This document shows, piece by piece, positions 23,201-37,700 of a stretch of 64,000 bases of DNA. A program made the position numbers and the translations under genes. Origin of the DNA: Takakia lepidozioides (Eukaryota > Plantae > Bryophyta); the NCBI GenBank assembly GCA_030704615.1, contig CM060731.1, forward strand, positions 16,616,001 to 16,680,000. The letters run 5' to 3'. Position 1 is the first letter of the stretch; every line of letters begins with the position of its first letter. The notes under the pieces are model-generated. The model was not told the origin of the DNA. It ran no database searches and saw only the letters and a list, made by a program, of their open reading frames with translations.

Positions 23201-26200
23201 AGACCTGTAAACACACCACTGTTAACATGATAACCCACTGCCTGCAATATGCTTAATAGGGAACCTATGGAAAGTCAGTCCTAGTTTTTCTTCTTCTTTA
23301 TTCTCTCTCCCTTCTCCTCAAAGAGAAACACCCCAGCACAGCGTCACAAACCAACCACCTTAACCACCATAAAGCCAACAAACCCTTTCTGCCTGGGACT
23401 GGGATCAATGGCCACAAGAATACTCGTGATTATCATCTCCCTTTTTCCAACCCATCTAAATTGGGCATAAGGTCATATTTCAGTTGCTTTTGCTCTCTTT
23501 CCCCCTCATTGTCAAAACAACAGAACACAATTTAGGCAGCCTTCAAACATGGAAATGGCAGATACATAAGCACCAGTATGCAGCTGGATCACGATCTGGC
23601 CCAAAGAACTGGACAAAGTTGTGAAAGGCCCAGAGCGTGAAATCTGCCGATGCTCAGCTACTTGTAGAAATGCCCTCGCTGGCCCTTCCAACATGGCCGC
23701 AACTGTTGACGCCGCTGCCATACGAGCCTGGCCATTCAAAGCAATGAGTGGACACACTCTAGACTAAAGACACAGAGCCAACGTCCACTTGGGTTTCCAC
23801 CTTCCATGGCCTGAAGCTAGGATCTACTGTCACTACTTTGCTTCGGTGACAAGATGTGCATGGACCCGGGAATTTTCAAGAAAGGTGGTACCTCCTCCTA
23901 CCCAGGGGTCTCCAAGATAGTAATCGGGTCCATGCAACCAGCTGAGGCAGGTGAAATTTGTGATTACTCATCATCAAGCTTCAGAATCTAGGTAACAAGC
24001 TTCTGTACATTGGGAGGGCCATGTGATGCTCAATCAGAAGATATTTGCCCATCTCCAGAGTGGCAGGTCACCTACATAATCACTAGCAGGGATCTCAATT
24101 TCTGAGCAACAACACATTGAACAAGGTAGCGTTGTTAGGTTAGGGAAAAATATGTAAATGTTCCCTTGAACCAACACGCATAGTCCCCTCTGTTACTGAC
24201 ACTTTAGGTGCATGTTCCATACAAATTCCATGCAATGGTTTGATAATGTGGGCAGTCTTTGAGAGTTAAAAGAGTTTATAGAAGTGATCAACGGATAACA
24301 ACACTTCCAAATTTAACATCTGTTCTTTTATACTTATTTGAATTGATTTCTAACAGGAAAAAAGTACATGCAGGGACTGACAAACCTTAACAATTGGGTC
24401 GAATAGGAGTGTGGTAAGCAAAGATGCCTGGAATGGCCTGCATGCATCAAGGCCAACAGTTCTGAGTTCCTATATCTGGGATCCAATGCGATACTATCGA
24501 GATATTTAAAATGTGATCAACCTTTAACACGAAAGAGTAACAGAACCATATCCTTTTCTACTGTGAAGATTGGACTGCACAAAAAAGAATCTCCAGCCAA
24601 AGGTTTTGCATTCTGAGGCCAAAGAAAGAGTGAGAGATTACCGAGGCAGCAGGACATCATGTGTTGGCAAAAGCACGACCCAATGCGCATGAAGAGATTT
24701 CGGATCTGCTCGAGCCAGTGCCTCCACAATGTATCCACAATACACTGTCAAGCCATGCTCAAGAACTTTCAAATGTACACCAGCACAACATTCAGCTAAT
24801 GCAATTTTCATAAGTAATTTATTTCCTGAAACAACATTTTGTCCCTCCAGCATTTCCTACTTTTGTCACAAAATCTTTGACATATGATGGAGAGAGAGAC
24901 ACACAATGCCATCAAAGGCAGCGACTGGGTTATCAACTGCCATGACTCTTACAAGTAACTGTCCTAGAATTGATCACAGGTTCAGTTACACCAATCATCC
25001 AATCACACTGCAAGTTAGAACTGCATTTATATAGTTTTACAAGCATTCATAGATGGCCCATGATTAGTGCACAAGGCTGCCTTGAAAGTGGTCTGGGGTC
25101 AAAGCCGTCGGATGTCACACGCTACACGATAAAAAGGGGGTCACTGGGTCAACCAGTCATAAATGTGTGGACACTTGGGGGCTTTTTGTGTGGGCCCCTT
25201 CGGTTGAAGAGACACCATGATTTATACTTGCTTTGGTAGGATTCAGCCTTTTCTTTCCACTTTCTCCTTTCTTTAAAAGTATCACTACTACATTAGCACT
25301 GAATCCAACCTAGTCGTCTGCAAAGGGCAAATAGAGATAACTGTGCTAGATGACTTAGTACAGTGACAGATAAATGCAGCTTCAAGGGGTGATGGTGGTT
25401 GCAACCTGAATGCTCAATACGGCATTTGTGCGAGGCTTTGAGCTCTTAAACCAATCGCCATCTCCAAGAGGACCATCACTATCACTCTGCTCAGAATCAG
25501 ACGAAAGCACCCATTCTCCAACCCCTTCTTTCTGGACAGCAAATGCCAAGAGTCCACCGCCAACTGCCCCATTGAGGCAAGTCTGGGCTTTCAGCTTGCC
25601 CCGCACATGTGGAGGCCGGTACACCCCCGTGTCTTTAACTGTGGACACCACTGCTCCCCCCCAGTTTCCCCTGGTCAGGCTACCATTGCTGCACCCAGGT
25701 ACAGGGCGCAGGTTTGTCAACCCGTAAGTGAAGAACATGCGCAGTGCCACCACATAGCCAGCTACCTGCACAGCCGAGGCTGTTGCCACATCACAATTTA
25801 TATCTCATAATGTAACACTCGCAATCCATCAATGTCTTAGCTGCTCTGAAGTCTCTGCTTCATACCCTAGGGGTTAGTGAAGACTCTTCTGTTACAACCA
25901 CCCTCCCCACCAGCACAAAACCAGTACATCACATCTTGAGATGTTTACAAGAAAATGCAGGGAATCCTCTGGCCACTGGTTGCTGCAGATGTGATGCAAC
26001 ACCCCACAACTAGTCACTAATAGTTTGACCATGACTAACAAAAGGACATTGACTGTGTCATCTACAGAGGATCAAAAGCTCCCTGACTCCAACACACCCA
26101 TCCATTTTCCGACCATTTAGTCTCAACAACAATGAGAAATGTATGCGTGAAGGAGGTAGAAGCACCTTACATGCTCCTCAACAGATCCCTTTGGATCTGA

Positions 26201-29200
26201 CAATACCAGATGCACACAATGAAGAAGAGTCCCATAGTATCTGTGAAACAAAACACAAACCACCTATCATTTATCCGACAAGGACCTAGATGTGACACCA
26301 AAAACGAACAACCTAGGTGCTAGATTTCTTGCAAATTATTCTACCAGATAGAGACTTATGCAAACACTATGTGCAACATTCTGAGGACCTGGAACTTCAT
26401 ATAACAGTCTACTGACCTCGATGACACTGAATCCTCTGGTAGTGGAGAATTGGAGGTTACCACATCCAACACATTACGAAGAGCCTGTTGTCAACAGCAA
26501 ACAAGTATAATTAGAAGATTCAATCTGATGTCTATGTTGATAGAACATTCATTAACCTTAGTGTCAGCACGAGCATTGTCCATAAGAGCTGCACAAACTC
26601 TGTGCCAAATACAGCCCCTATTTGCTTGCAACATCCATGACTACTACAGAGTTTACTCACCACAAATGAATCACAGCAGAAGCAGTTAGATACACTAAGC
26701 ACTGACTGAAGCATTGACCACACCATTATAACAGTCCTGATAAAGTGCATGCAAAAGACCAGGACTGAAGTCAGGTCCCAGGGCATGTTCGCTCTGACGC
26801 AACTCAGTCAGCAACACGTAAATAGCCTCTATAAATCAATCAATCGGGTTGAAGAATTAATGCCAGAAATCCTTCTGTTGAACTACCTTAGCAATACTGT
26901 AGTTTGTACCAGGGTGGTAGGAAAGTGACAGACCTGAACAGTGGTCACCCATGTCTCTTTCGAAATGGAGGGCCCTGCTCGACTAAAAAGCTTTCCAATT
27001 GCAAGCAGTGCAAGCCTCTGGCAATCTCTTTCATCACCACAGGTCCTGGTCCCTGCCTCTGTGTATACTGAGGCGTCTAGTCGGGGGGTGGCCCTATAAC
27101 TCTGCTTGCCATGCTGGCCCAATGTTGCTGCCCCTTGATGTGTGATCAAACCCAATAGAACAGTTACAAGAGTTGTCACCTCATCCACAGGTAGCTGGCC
27201 ACCATTGTCATGGACAACTTGCCTGTGCCAACCTCATGAAACATCAGAACAGAATCTGGAAAATTATGCAACTTAGACCAATTTCTGTGGAGGTCCATGT
27301 ACTTTGCATTCTGCTCAAGGACCCACAAACCCAACTCTTTTGCTGTGCTGAATTACCTCTTGGATCTAAGCTCTCCATTCAATGATGCATATATCAGACT
27401 CAAATCTCAATATGCTGCTGGCAACTCCTGGCTAACCGAAAACCACTAAGGTTATATAGGAGGTCAATTTGGTCCAGATTGCAATAGCTGGTTGACCAGA
27501 AAGAACAAGTGCACATCCCAGAAAGACCAGAAACCTGGAGGAAGGTGCCAAGGGACATCAGTCACAATTTGAATATGAGAATCCTTGTGCAAAATAGTAA
27601 AGCCTGGGCAAGCATATACGTACACAAGGGCACACAATGCTTCCATTCCGGCCTTGCAAACAGAGGCTCCGCTGCCTCCCTCCTCTGGGATGACAACCTT
27701 TGAGACACTTGACGAATGAAAGGATGCAATCAGTCCCCGTAAAAATTGTAGCAATATGTGCAGAGCCGGTGTCTCAAACTCCAAACGAAAGTGAGAGCAA
27801 ACATCGATCACCTGAGCAGAAACCACACACAAAGATTGGGCATTGCATGGCCCAGAATCAGAAAGGTGAACGTCTCAATGATGCACTATGATGCAAACAT
27901 TCAGTTCAGTGTTCAAGTTCAGTAACATGGAGCAAGGTTTGGACTAACCCAACCAAGAGACTCCAATCCTTAAACCCCTGGTCATCTGTTCCAAAACCTA
28001 CAAGATGAAGAAGCCGAAGATGTATCAAGAAATCAACTGAGAGATAAAAGTTGGGTTTCAGATGTAGGGGCATACAGATAGGGCAGGTGCTGGTATGCTC
28101 CAGTGGCAGCCTCTCAGGTTTAACGAAAATCAGCACTCACAATCCACCACCCTTTGACAACGTTTCTGATAATTGCTTGTACATACTATCAGCATGCATG
28201 TTGGCTGGTTCCTGACGATAGGTTGGCTTCCTAATTACTTTTGTTATTGGATGTCGATTTACCATCCCATGGGTTGTCAAATGTCACATATGGCACTCAC
28301 CAATCCTACAACTGAAAGTGGGGTTTAGCAGTGATACCAGGTAACAAACTGTGCGGCAAATACTTGGAGCGTCTGCCCCATCCAGAACACACCATCCTTT
28401 TGACACTGTTTGCACCAAGAACACGATATCTGCTGAAATCTGTGTTTGTTGTCATAACAAGGCAAACTCAGAACTGCGTGAAGGAAAACAAAAACAGGTG
28501 GATGTTGGCTTTTCTGTCGCTCCTAACTGCGAGAGGAGTGTTCTGTTGACAAGATCTAACAATAAAACTACTACTAAACTCCAACTGACAATTGAACCAA
28601 ATGAATACAACATCAGTGCAAGAGGATTCCTAGATTAGTAGGATTGTGAGGATCTTACATTGGGAACCCTATAATGAGACAACCCAGAAGTAAATACCTC
28701 ACTAAATTACAACTGACGAAGTTGAAGGAGTTGCATCTAGTTAACACTGCCTCTAAAAGGCCGAGAACAATAGATGTCGTAGAAGTAGGACATGTTCCAA
28801 GCAGCATATACAATGTTAGAGCACAGCAAAATCTGAACTCCCATACCAATCAAACAGTGTGATGATATTATGCAGCATTGACAACTGAGGCACAAGCTGA
28901 GTCAGCTTGATTTAGAGGTTTGTCACTGTCAATATGTCACATAACCCTTGTCGTCTGCCCTGGTCCTTGCGTCTGTGGCAAGATACAGAACCAGTATGAT
29001 TTCCTGAGCAGTATATTCCATGCAAATGCACCTGTTCAGTTCTGACGAGTCGAGCACATTGATATAACGTATGACAGCTGAAAGTGGTAAGGTATGGCAA
29101 TTGCAATTTAACTCTGCCTACAAAGAATTACCCATCGTACATCAAGCAATGCCATAGGTAGTTACATTTGACCACCTGTTTTTGAAAGAATAGGAGATAG

Positions 29201-30008
29201 CAATTACTGCATTGCAATGTGGCCTCTGCTCTCACTGGACAATGTAGGTATGGTAAGCATCAACTCTGCACCAGCTCGCTAAAAAGTGGCTCAGATGGAA
29301 GAATCTTTAGGGTGTTTATGTCATAAAGACTGGCGGCACCTATCTTGATATCAGTGCATAAATTTAGTGCAACATCTCTGATAACTGAGTTGGACGGGCC
29401 TGCTTTCTCGCGCCCCAAAAACTCCGGGTGCGAACATTAGTAAATTCTATAGGCAACGATCAACAGCAAAAATTGAATCAGATACCACCAGGGCAGCACT
29501 AACTACGGAATTTCCGGGTAACCACGCAACTCAAATGGCAACAGGAAGAATCCAGTATACAATGCTGCAATCCATGCCCTCCTACAGTGCTGACGGGGAC
29601 CGATTCCGCCATCCAACACTGACGAAAGAAGAGAAAAATCCTCAGACTCTCTGCACCAGATGCGGAGGAAAACGGGATTCACCGTGCACACACAGCCACC
29701 TAGAGCGGGAAAAATTCGGGACTGGCGTCCAGCATTGCGAAGAATTGCGATCGGAAATTCGGAACTAACAGAACAAGTACTCAACCTCTATCACAAGAGA
29801 ATGCGACACTAGCACACGCGAGATAAAACGAAAACGAAAATGGGATCCACGCACACACCTCCTGCGACGACAGCTCGGGACTGTCGTGAAGCAGATTGGA
29901 GGCTTGCGAGAGAAACTGCGGAACCACCAGGCACACCGACGATGGCGTGCAGGCGCGCCGAACCGACTGGAAAGCCGCTCTCCATCCCCGACCCCGCTGC
30001 TCCGCCAT
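14253..30008 (-). CDS. HEAT repeat-containing protein 6-like (ARM/HEAT, DUF4042), about 27 exons
   Basis: GT-AG exons include 30008-29859 (MAEQRGRGWRAAFQSVR), ~26241-26170 (YYGTLLHCVHLVLSDPKGS), 25765-25406 (VVALRMFFTYGL), ~24722-24642 (LHAHWVVLLP), ~23727-23575 (ARMAAASTVAAMLEGP..FTTLSSSLGQIVIQLH), 22869-22767, ~18498-18414 (VRITASWALANLCD), ~17120-17048 (VQWNVCHALGNLF), ~16690-16582 (LLRDSANFKIRIHAAAAL), and a last exon ~14606-14253. Some boundaries are approximate. Confidence 0.9.
22576..22820. repeat. Tandem ~120-bp duplication including the 3' end and donor site of a HEATR6-like exon
   Basis: TGAGAGTGACACAA...CCATGGAGTTGCTCTG occurs at 22576-22690 and 22703-22820. The second copy overlaps exon 22869-22767. 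Confidence 0.8.
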
Positions 30009-31056
30009 CACTCGTGTTGCCAACAAGCTTCAGACCCCTGGTTCACAGTGTGAACAACATACACACAAAAAGGGGTCCTTGAGGGGTCCTTTCTCTTTGA
30101 TCAGTCTACTGTTCAGTAAAATGCTGCCACGTGTACTGATCGATATGCAAAAAAGATAGTTTTTGAGGTTCACGGGAGTTTGGTCACTCTGACGTCGAAT
30201 AGAGTGATGCCATGTGGAATTACGACATATCGTTTTGTGAGGGCGTGTAGGTGACGGCTGCTCTGGAAAGGAGAGGAGAGAGGAGAGAGAGAAAGAGAGA
30301 TGGTTGCTTTCCTTTCCCGCCGCAGCAGCATGATCTGCAGCGGTCGATCGATTGGCTGCGGTCTCGTCCCTCGCTTTTCTGGAGACTCTAGCACAACTCA
30401 CAGAGCTTGCACCAGTCGATGTGTTTGATCTTGTGGTGTTGCTCGACATTTTCTCTGCTACCTAAGAATCCGATATCTATCGGGTTATTTCTTCTGCATG
30501 GCCTTTTTATTTGTGTTCCACTTCGGTTTGGCTTAGCATGCCACATGCTTTGTTGCTACATCTATCGTTGGTTTTGACATACGATTATGTTGCGGGAAAC
30601 TGATTTTTTTATTACTTTTAATGCCGTTTGTAACGAGGTGGCGACTTTATTTTGCCGCAATGTTGCACTTGCTGTTTCTGCAGCAATCGTTGTTACGAGT
30701 TAGGACCTAAATCTGCGATTTTACTTGCTATATATCCCTGGTCGCCAAGGTCTGTTGGAGAATTGCTTTGTCTGTGACTATTTAGCGGTTTTTCTGGTTT
30801 CTGTTCGCCCCTCTCTCGAAAGCACCACGTCTTGGTCAGGTTTGTCATCGTTGAAGGTGTATGATTACCATTTACCGTCCATCTCCCCCCGTTGGTTTCC
30901 TAGCCATGTGTTCATGTGTGTCTCTCCCTCCTCCTCTTTTTTCCTCTTGTTCTTCTTGTCGTTGAAAGTTTATGAGTTTTGTTAGTTCCTGTACATTCTC
31001 TGTTCGCAAGTCATCCTCCAGGCCTAATCTGTTACGGAGGACAATCTGGAGGAAAG

Positions 31057-33552
31057 ATGTCGTTTATATCAGCGCCAGCACTGGACAGGCTTCTTGAGTC
31101 GTCTCAGCGGGGTTCCACATCACAGTCGATGGGGATGGAAAGGGAGAGTGTGTTGGTTAGCGATGCACAACTGTTCTATTCACCCTATACCTATTCAGCT
31201 ATGAGCAATCCCCCCCGCCCTCCTTCCCCTTCTTCATTCTCTCCTTCCCCATATGTGCTGAACTTCAAAAGACGTGGACCTGGAGGACGGGATGGGAAAT
31301 CTGCTGCCAATTCAAGTGGTGTTCATGGCACACGAGAAAGTCAACATGTGCAGTCTCAGGAGGAATTGATGAGGCAAAAGGAAGATGTTTCAGGAAGTGG
31401 TCAGCCTCCTGAATTAGGAGGAAGGCATGAAGGAGCAAGCTGGCAAGGGCAGGCATTTGTTAATGGGCAGACAATCGTACATGAAGACAGGATGCTGCCC
31501 CACAGGGGCCTTCATCATGATCCTGTAAGATTACTGGATTTTAACAAGAGAGTCCCACAAGAAACTAGTACAGAGCAGAGTGGCCGTAGTGGTGAAGGAC
31601 CAAGAAGGAACGAGTGGTTGGAAGGAGAGTGGGGCCTTCAAAGCAGTGAGAGGCCTGCTGCTTCACAGTTTAGCAGCTTCTCCTCCCATCTACCAAATGA
31701 GGACGAGTTCTTCGATGCTCACGAAATCCCTGTTGATGGTATTTACCTCTGTACGAGTCCTTGTCCATCAAGGCTATTGAACACACTGGGTCCCCTTTTG
31801 CCTGTGCTTATAACATCAAAGGGGGGAACAAATTGTTGGACCACCTGTTTTTAATGTCCAGGTCATTATGATATTACCAATGGTCTGCACAAATGCTTCC
31901 ACAATTCACTGGAACGATAGAGAAAATGTACTCTCTGAGAACGAGAGAGATAGAGAGTCCTTGAATGCATTGTGCAAATGCCAGCTGTGAGATACCCTCG
32001 GGTCCCTGTGGATGTGAGGTTGTTGTGGGGTTTCTTGCCCACGAGCATCCGAAGTTGCCATACCACTGATAGATATCATCTTTAAAATAATCTAATTGCG
32101 GTAGAAGTTTACCCTGAGTGTAGCTTTGGTTGGAGTAACTTCTATCTTGATCTATCTAGCCATATTTCTACTTTGTAATGTTTGGTCTATAATGTGCCAA
32201 TTGTAGATTATGCAAGTGATGAAGAGACTTGGCGAATGAGAGAAAGGATTGAAGGATCTGGCTCAAGAGGGGATCCAGATGTGGACCTCATCAGGCAATT
32301 AGACCAAGAGATCAAGCGGCGCAAAGCTGCAGAAGATGTAATGGCAGCACTGCAGCAGCAGCGCAATGAAATGGCACGTCAGCTAGAGTGGACTGATGGG
32401 GGTGGCCTCGGCTTGATTGATAATCACCGGGATGAGTCAGACACTCAAACTCAGGCTCAGAAATTGGTGGTGGCTCGTGCAGTTTCTGGATCTATTGCAA
32501 GGGCTGCCATCAGGGCAGAGGTTGCTCAAGAGGTTGCAGATAAAATCAGGGAAGTTGCAAGGCTGCGGGACAAACTACAGTATTATGAACTAGTCAACCA
32601 TGAGATGTCTCAGCGCAACCAAGAGGCCATTGGTACTGATCACCTTCCTTCTGTTTTCTTTGGGGGGCCTGATAGTTCCTTTTTGTCTTTCCTTTTACCC
32701 CAGGAGGTAGCCTATGGTGGATGGTTATACATCTGGTATAGATTGAAGTATCATTGGTAATATTGCCCTTTTTGTCAGTTTTCCTACTCCTTAGTGAGTG
32801 AGAGTCTCTGTGCTAACAAGTTTAGCCCCAGTGCGAGGCTGCCCTCCTGTCAAGGTTGCCTTCAGTGCATATGGATTACTGGACCATTCATATTGTACTG
32901 GATAAATCTGGAAACTTATGAAAAATAACGTGTCTTTTGAACCAGGACCATGTAGGGAATCTTATGGATTATTCCAAACTTGCTCAAGGTGTCCTGCAAA
33001 GATACTTGCTCCTCATATTTTGTGCGCCAGCACCATGACCAGACAAATGTACCTGCGTTCACTGAGTTATGGTTCTGGTTTTTATGCTAGAAAAAGTGAG
33101 GTGTCATTGTTGTTACCGACCCAAACCAGTTTGATGTGAGGAGAATGGAGGAGAGCATAGTTACTGGTGATTCAATCAGATGTTGAGGCCGCCCAGCTTA
33201 ACATGAGTATAGTTGGCACCCTCCAAACAGAGTACTCAGAACTTGGCTTTCAGTGACCAGAGTTTTTTCCCCCATCCACCAATTGGTGGGCATTCTGCCA
33301 GGTCACTTGTTCACTCATCCTTGTGGTTGGGTGGCAGAAATTGCACGGAGGCGCAGGCACAGGCGCCAGAGCAGACAACGCTGGCTAGTGGGTTGCATGG
33401 GTGCTACTCTGTGTCTGGGAGTGTCAGCCGCAGTTGTGTACAAATCGATTCCTTGGGACGCCTGGCGTGTACATGCACGTGCTGTGCTTGAACAGCACCT
33501 CGATGTTGAGTCTCAAGCTGACTCTGCACATCAATCTACTTTGGCTGCCTGA
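31057..33552 (+). CDS. Plant-specific coiled-coil protein with C-terminal transmembrane anchor (uncharacterised family)
   Basis: Exons 31057-31738, 32207-32632 and 33338-33552 have compatible phases. Motifs: APALDRLLE, PSPSSFSPSPYVLNFKRRGP, EDEFFDA, EVARLRDKLQYYELVNHEMSQRNQEAIEIARRRRHRRQSRQRW, followed by a hydrophobic tail. Confidence 0.88.
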
Positions 33553-34737
33553 ACTGGGTGCAAACCCTTCAATCCTTATCAAGGGTACTTTTAGTTAAGC
33601 CAAAATATAGTCCATATACAAGAGGGTTGCCAGCGCCATGAAGCGGCAACATTAGTATGATTCAACCTGAAGTAGTGCAGCCATGATTTAAAACTGTTTC
33701 ATGCAGGACATTTCACCCTTTCTGGTATGTAGCTGCTTTTAAGATCCCAGGATGAGTCATTCTCACCATTTATTTCAACCTCCTGATATCATGCTTACTC
33801 CTACCCCATTGTTTTCAGCAATCCAGCTTTCTGTTGCTGAAAGAAACAAGGTGCTTTTAGCCTAGTAAAGCCATGCCATCAAGCACTCTTTGTGCCCAAT
33901 TGTGTAGCATCTTACCATGACATTGAACAACCAGAGAGGCTCTGGTTAGTATGCTATTCGGAGGAATGAAGTCGGCCATCAGCAGTGACAGTTGGATATC
34001 TCAGGTTGATATGGTTTATCTTCTCTAGCAAGCTATTCGATTGCCTTATATTGGCATTTTATGGGCTGTGTCAACCAACAAAGGAATGAAAACTACAAAC
34101 CTTCCACCCGCCATCGTCCATGAGCCAAATCTAGAAACAAATATATGCCATACAATAAAGGCTAATGATCTGATCATATATCAACCTTTGTAAGATGTAA
34201 GATGGAGACTGGAAAGTTTCTATGGAGTCCGCAGGAAAAGCCTCTCCAATGACAACACTGGTGTACATAAAAAAATGTGTGCAATTCAGTACCTGGTATT
34301 CAGTACCACCCAAATACTTCATCATCAAAGTGAAGCCCAACCTAGGATGTTCCAATTCAATGCTTTCAATGGTCTTACCGCAGCTACAGGATATAATGGC
34401 ATATACAATCATATTTGTATGAAGTACAAGCATCATCCCTTTCTCAAGCATAGACACAACACATGGCTCTCTGTGCATTTGAACAAGCTCGCACTGCAGC
34501 GTACTGCTGCAGTCATAGGTAGCCGGGGGCCATGGGGGTCTTTTCCTTCATTACAAGAGGGTTGTGTGGCAAGTGCCTTTGACTGCAGTTGATGTACTAC
34601 AAGACCCACCTCATCTGTGGCAGCAAGTACTATATCTGGCTGAAATGCAGCTACTTGCGCAAACAAACATTTAGAATCCAGATTTGAACTTTCTCAATTA
34701 TGTAGAGAGAGGGAAAAGCAGACACATGAAGTGCCTG

Positions 34738-37700
34738 TTATCTCACTGCAGACGGATCATCAAACCCCAATAAAGACTGAGGTTTTGGCAATTGTCCAGT
34801 TGCAACTAGTTGAAGAAGTTCTTGCAGCTTTTTGGCATTAAGGGGTTTACTGATGTAGCCATCCATACCGGCAGAAATGATGTTCTCCGCGTCGCCAGAC
34901 ATAGCATGTGCAGTCATGGCCACAATCGGCATAAAACTCACTTTTGACTCCCTACTCTTCTCTATCTGCCTTATCCTAGTAGTCGCCTGGAAGCCATCTA
35001 GAACTGGCATCTGGACCTGCAGTATACCACACAATGAATGTTAACCTCAAGATAAATGTATACACAAGAAGAGCTGTCTTCGTGATAAGGGAGAGGACAG
35101 AACAGGATGAAAACAGGTGAAAAGACAAGTGTGAATCCTCCATAAGAAAAGCCTTTAAACCTTGAGCAAAACATCAGAATCTGCGATCAAACGTTACCCA
35201 AACTGGAGGACACTAATACAGGAAACCAACAGATGCCCCAACAAAGGTCAACAAAGGAAAGGCAACAAGCAAGATAGAATAGAGGTTCACTAACAGAAAT
35301 GGCACGTACATCCATCAGGATAAGGTCGAAGTCCTCATCCATTGACTTTTCAACAGCTTCCAATCCATTGCAGGCTAAGACAGTGGTGTGGCCCCATTTT
35401 TGTAAAAGAGAGACTGCTACCCGTTGATTCACAATGTTGTCCTCTGCTACTAGAATATGCAATTTCTTGCTATGCCACTGAGCCTTGTTATCAACTGACT
35501 TGCCCTGCTCACACAACAGCAGAAGATCGAATTGGTTGCAATGTGGCTGAGCCCTAATCTATCCATTTCACTCTCTATCTCTAGCAGCTATCGTCACGAT
35601 GAGCTTCATCCACTGGTCTTGGAATCCTACACCAGGGAAGATAGCTATCACTTGTGAAGTATGCCCACCAGGATATGTCATAGCTGACACACATGGGCAG
35701 ACTCAGGAAAGCAACTCTGAAGTGACACATACAGATAAGACTTGGATGCAAATGAACCTCTAAGCGCATCTCCATGGCTCTTCCCCTTCAAACCAAAAAT
35801 AGGTATATGACAAATCATGTCCGTGATTATGCTCCATGCCTATGAAGAAGGAAACTATGTTGAAAGACATGAAAACACACCTGTGACACAGCTGGACCAT
35901 CTGAAATCCCAAGGGCCAGATGTAATGCCCGCACAAGTATAGCTCGTTTGATAGGCTTTGAGATATGCACCGGTACTCCAAGTTGCTTGCATCTGCAAGA
36001 AGCCAAAAGGGTCAGCAAAGCTTCAAAATTTCTCTTCGGTGTTGGTCTCATTGGAGTGCAAGCGACATGCATTGAGGCGCCTTCTACCAAACACTCGACC
36101 GAATGTGATCTCCAAATACACCGTGGAAAGTGTAAGGGTCTTGATAATCATTCATAAATGAAGGACATGTCTTTATTAGGTTGTCAAGCAGTGCAGGGCT
36201 CATTCACCAGCATGTGAGGTGTCTGATTGGGACATTGCCAAAATTGGAGGAAATGCTAGATGCCCAATAGAGGCCAAAAGAAGGAACCTCTCCCAGAACT
36301 AGCTCAAAAAAACCTTCACCATGACCTTGGCATGCCAACCCAGACAGTGTCAGTAACCAGAGGGACCCAAGCAGGGAAGAGTGGTCTCTCTCTCCTCTCT
36401 ATCTCCAACCTACCCATGGCACTAGACTGAAATTTAAACTCGGAGCGGGAAGCCTACCTATGAACAAAAAACAGATGCAGAGAGGAAGAAGAGATGGTAA
36501 TTACCCGATGTGCGGGCAACCTGAAGACAATATCCATTTTCTGATACATTGTCCAGGATATTCTCACCAGAGAGTGAGTGACCCTCTTCAGGACAGTCTA
36601 AGAACATTGCCTTAGCACCTCTGATCACCAACTTTAAAAAACTTGAGGCTGAGCCTGAAGTCCTGGCCATGTTGGGGTCTAACTTTCGGGCTGCTCACAC
36701 ACAGCAGAATGATGCTTGTGTGAAGGGCATCCTAGAGGATATCTGGAGAGCCCGAACTAATTGTTTATATCAAGGTAAGTCATACTACCAGAGTGAGCCC
36801 CTCACAAAGGTAGTTTCCGGTCCCTTTTGTTCGGGTCTATGGCCACAAGGCTACGGCAAACAAAGTCTTAAGTGTACATTATTCTATCTCCAACCTTGCC
36901 CCGAGGTTATCGCAAACAACATTTCATCTCCACCACGGCCACAAGGCTACAGAAGACAAGGTCTCATTAGTGTATTCTATCTCCAACCTTGTCAAATGGA
37001 CCTGGGTGTATATTAAAGTCTTAGTGACAATATTGTTGGCCTTCTTAACCCTCAACTTGGTGTGACTGGACTGCAACTGCAAAAGAGGAGGTTTCACACT
37101 TGGATTCAGTTCATATCATAAGTGCAAAAGACCAAAAGGTAGGTGGATACCTCTCTATATAGTAAGTTATCCTCCTTGGAGGGAATCCATATGCACGATT
37201 TGTGAGCATGATGGTGGTGAGGATGACATACTGGACCCTCTACTAAGCACCCAAAAGCAAAGAGCAGGACATGTTGGCTTGCTGCCTTCTTGGTTGAGCT
37301 TAAGCTCGGAATCCAACAGGTGTTAAGAATGGAGGAAGTTTCACTCTTACTTGGTGGTATCTGTGTGGTCCACAGAAGTGAGCATCACGATGGAGGGAAC
37401 CCGCCCATTTGCCGAAGCAGGCCTTGATGAAGGGCGTGCATTTCGTCCTGTACTAGGACTTTCTTGTTTCAGCTGTTCTGTACCTTCTTGTTGTGATTTC
37501 TCCTCTCTCTCTTCAGGGACCTGAATAGTTGCCTCCCCAAAGTTTGGAGGCCTTTCACCCACAACATCCTTCGGCTCAAAGCCTTTTGTTGGTGGTGAAA
37601 GGCTGCTAGAAATACTAGGACCACTATTTTGTCGCCTTGTGTCCATGACAGGTACTCTGAGTGAGGCAGGGACTTCTGGGTCAACCTGGCACGTTCCACC

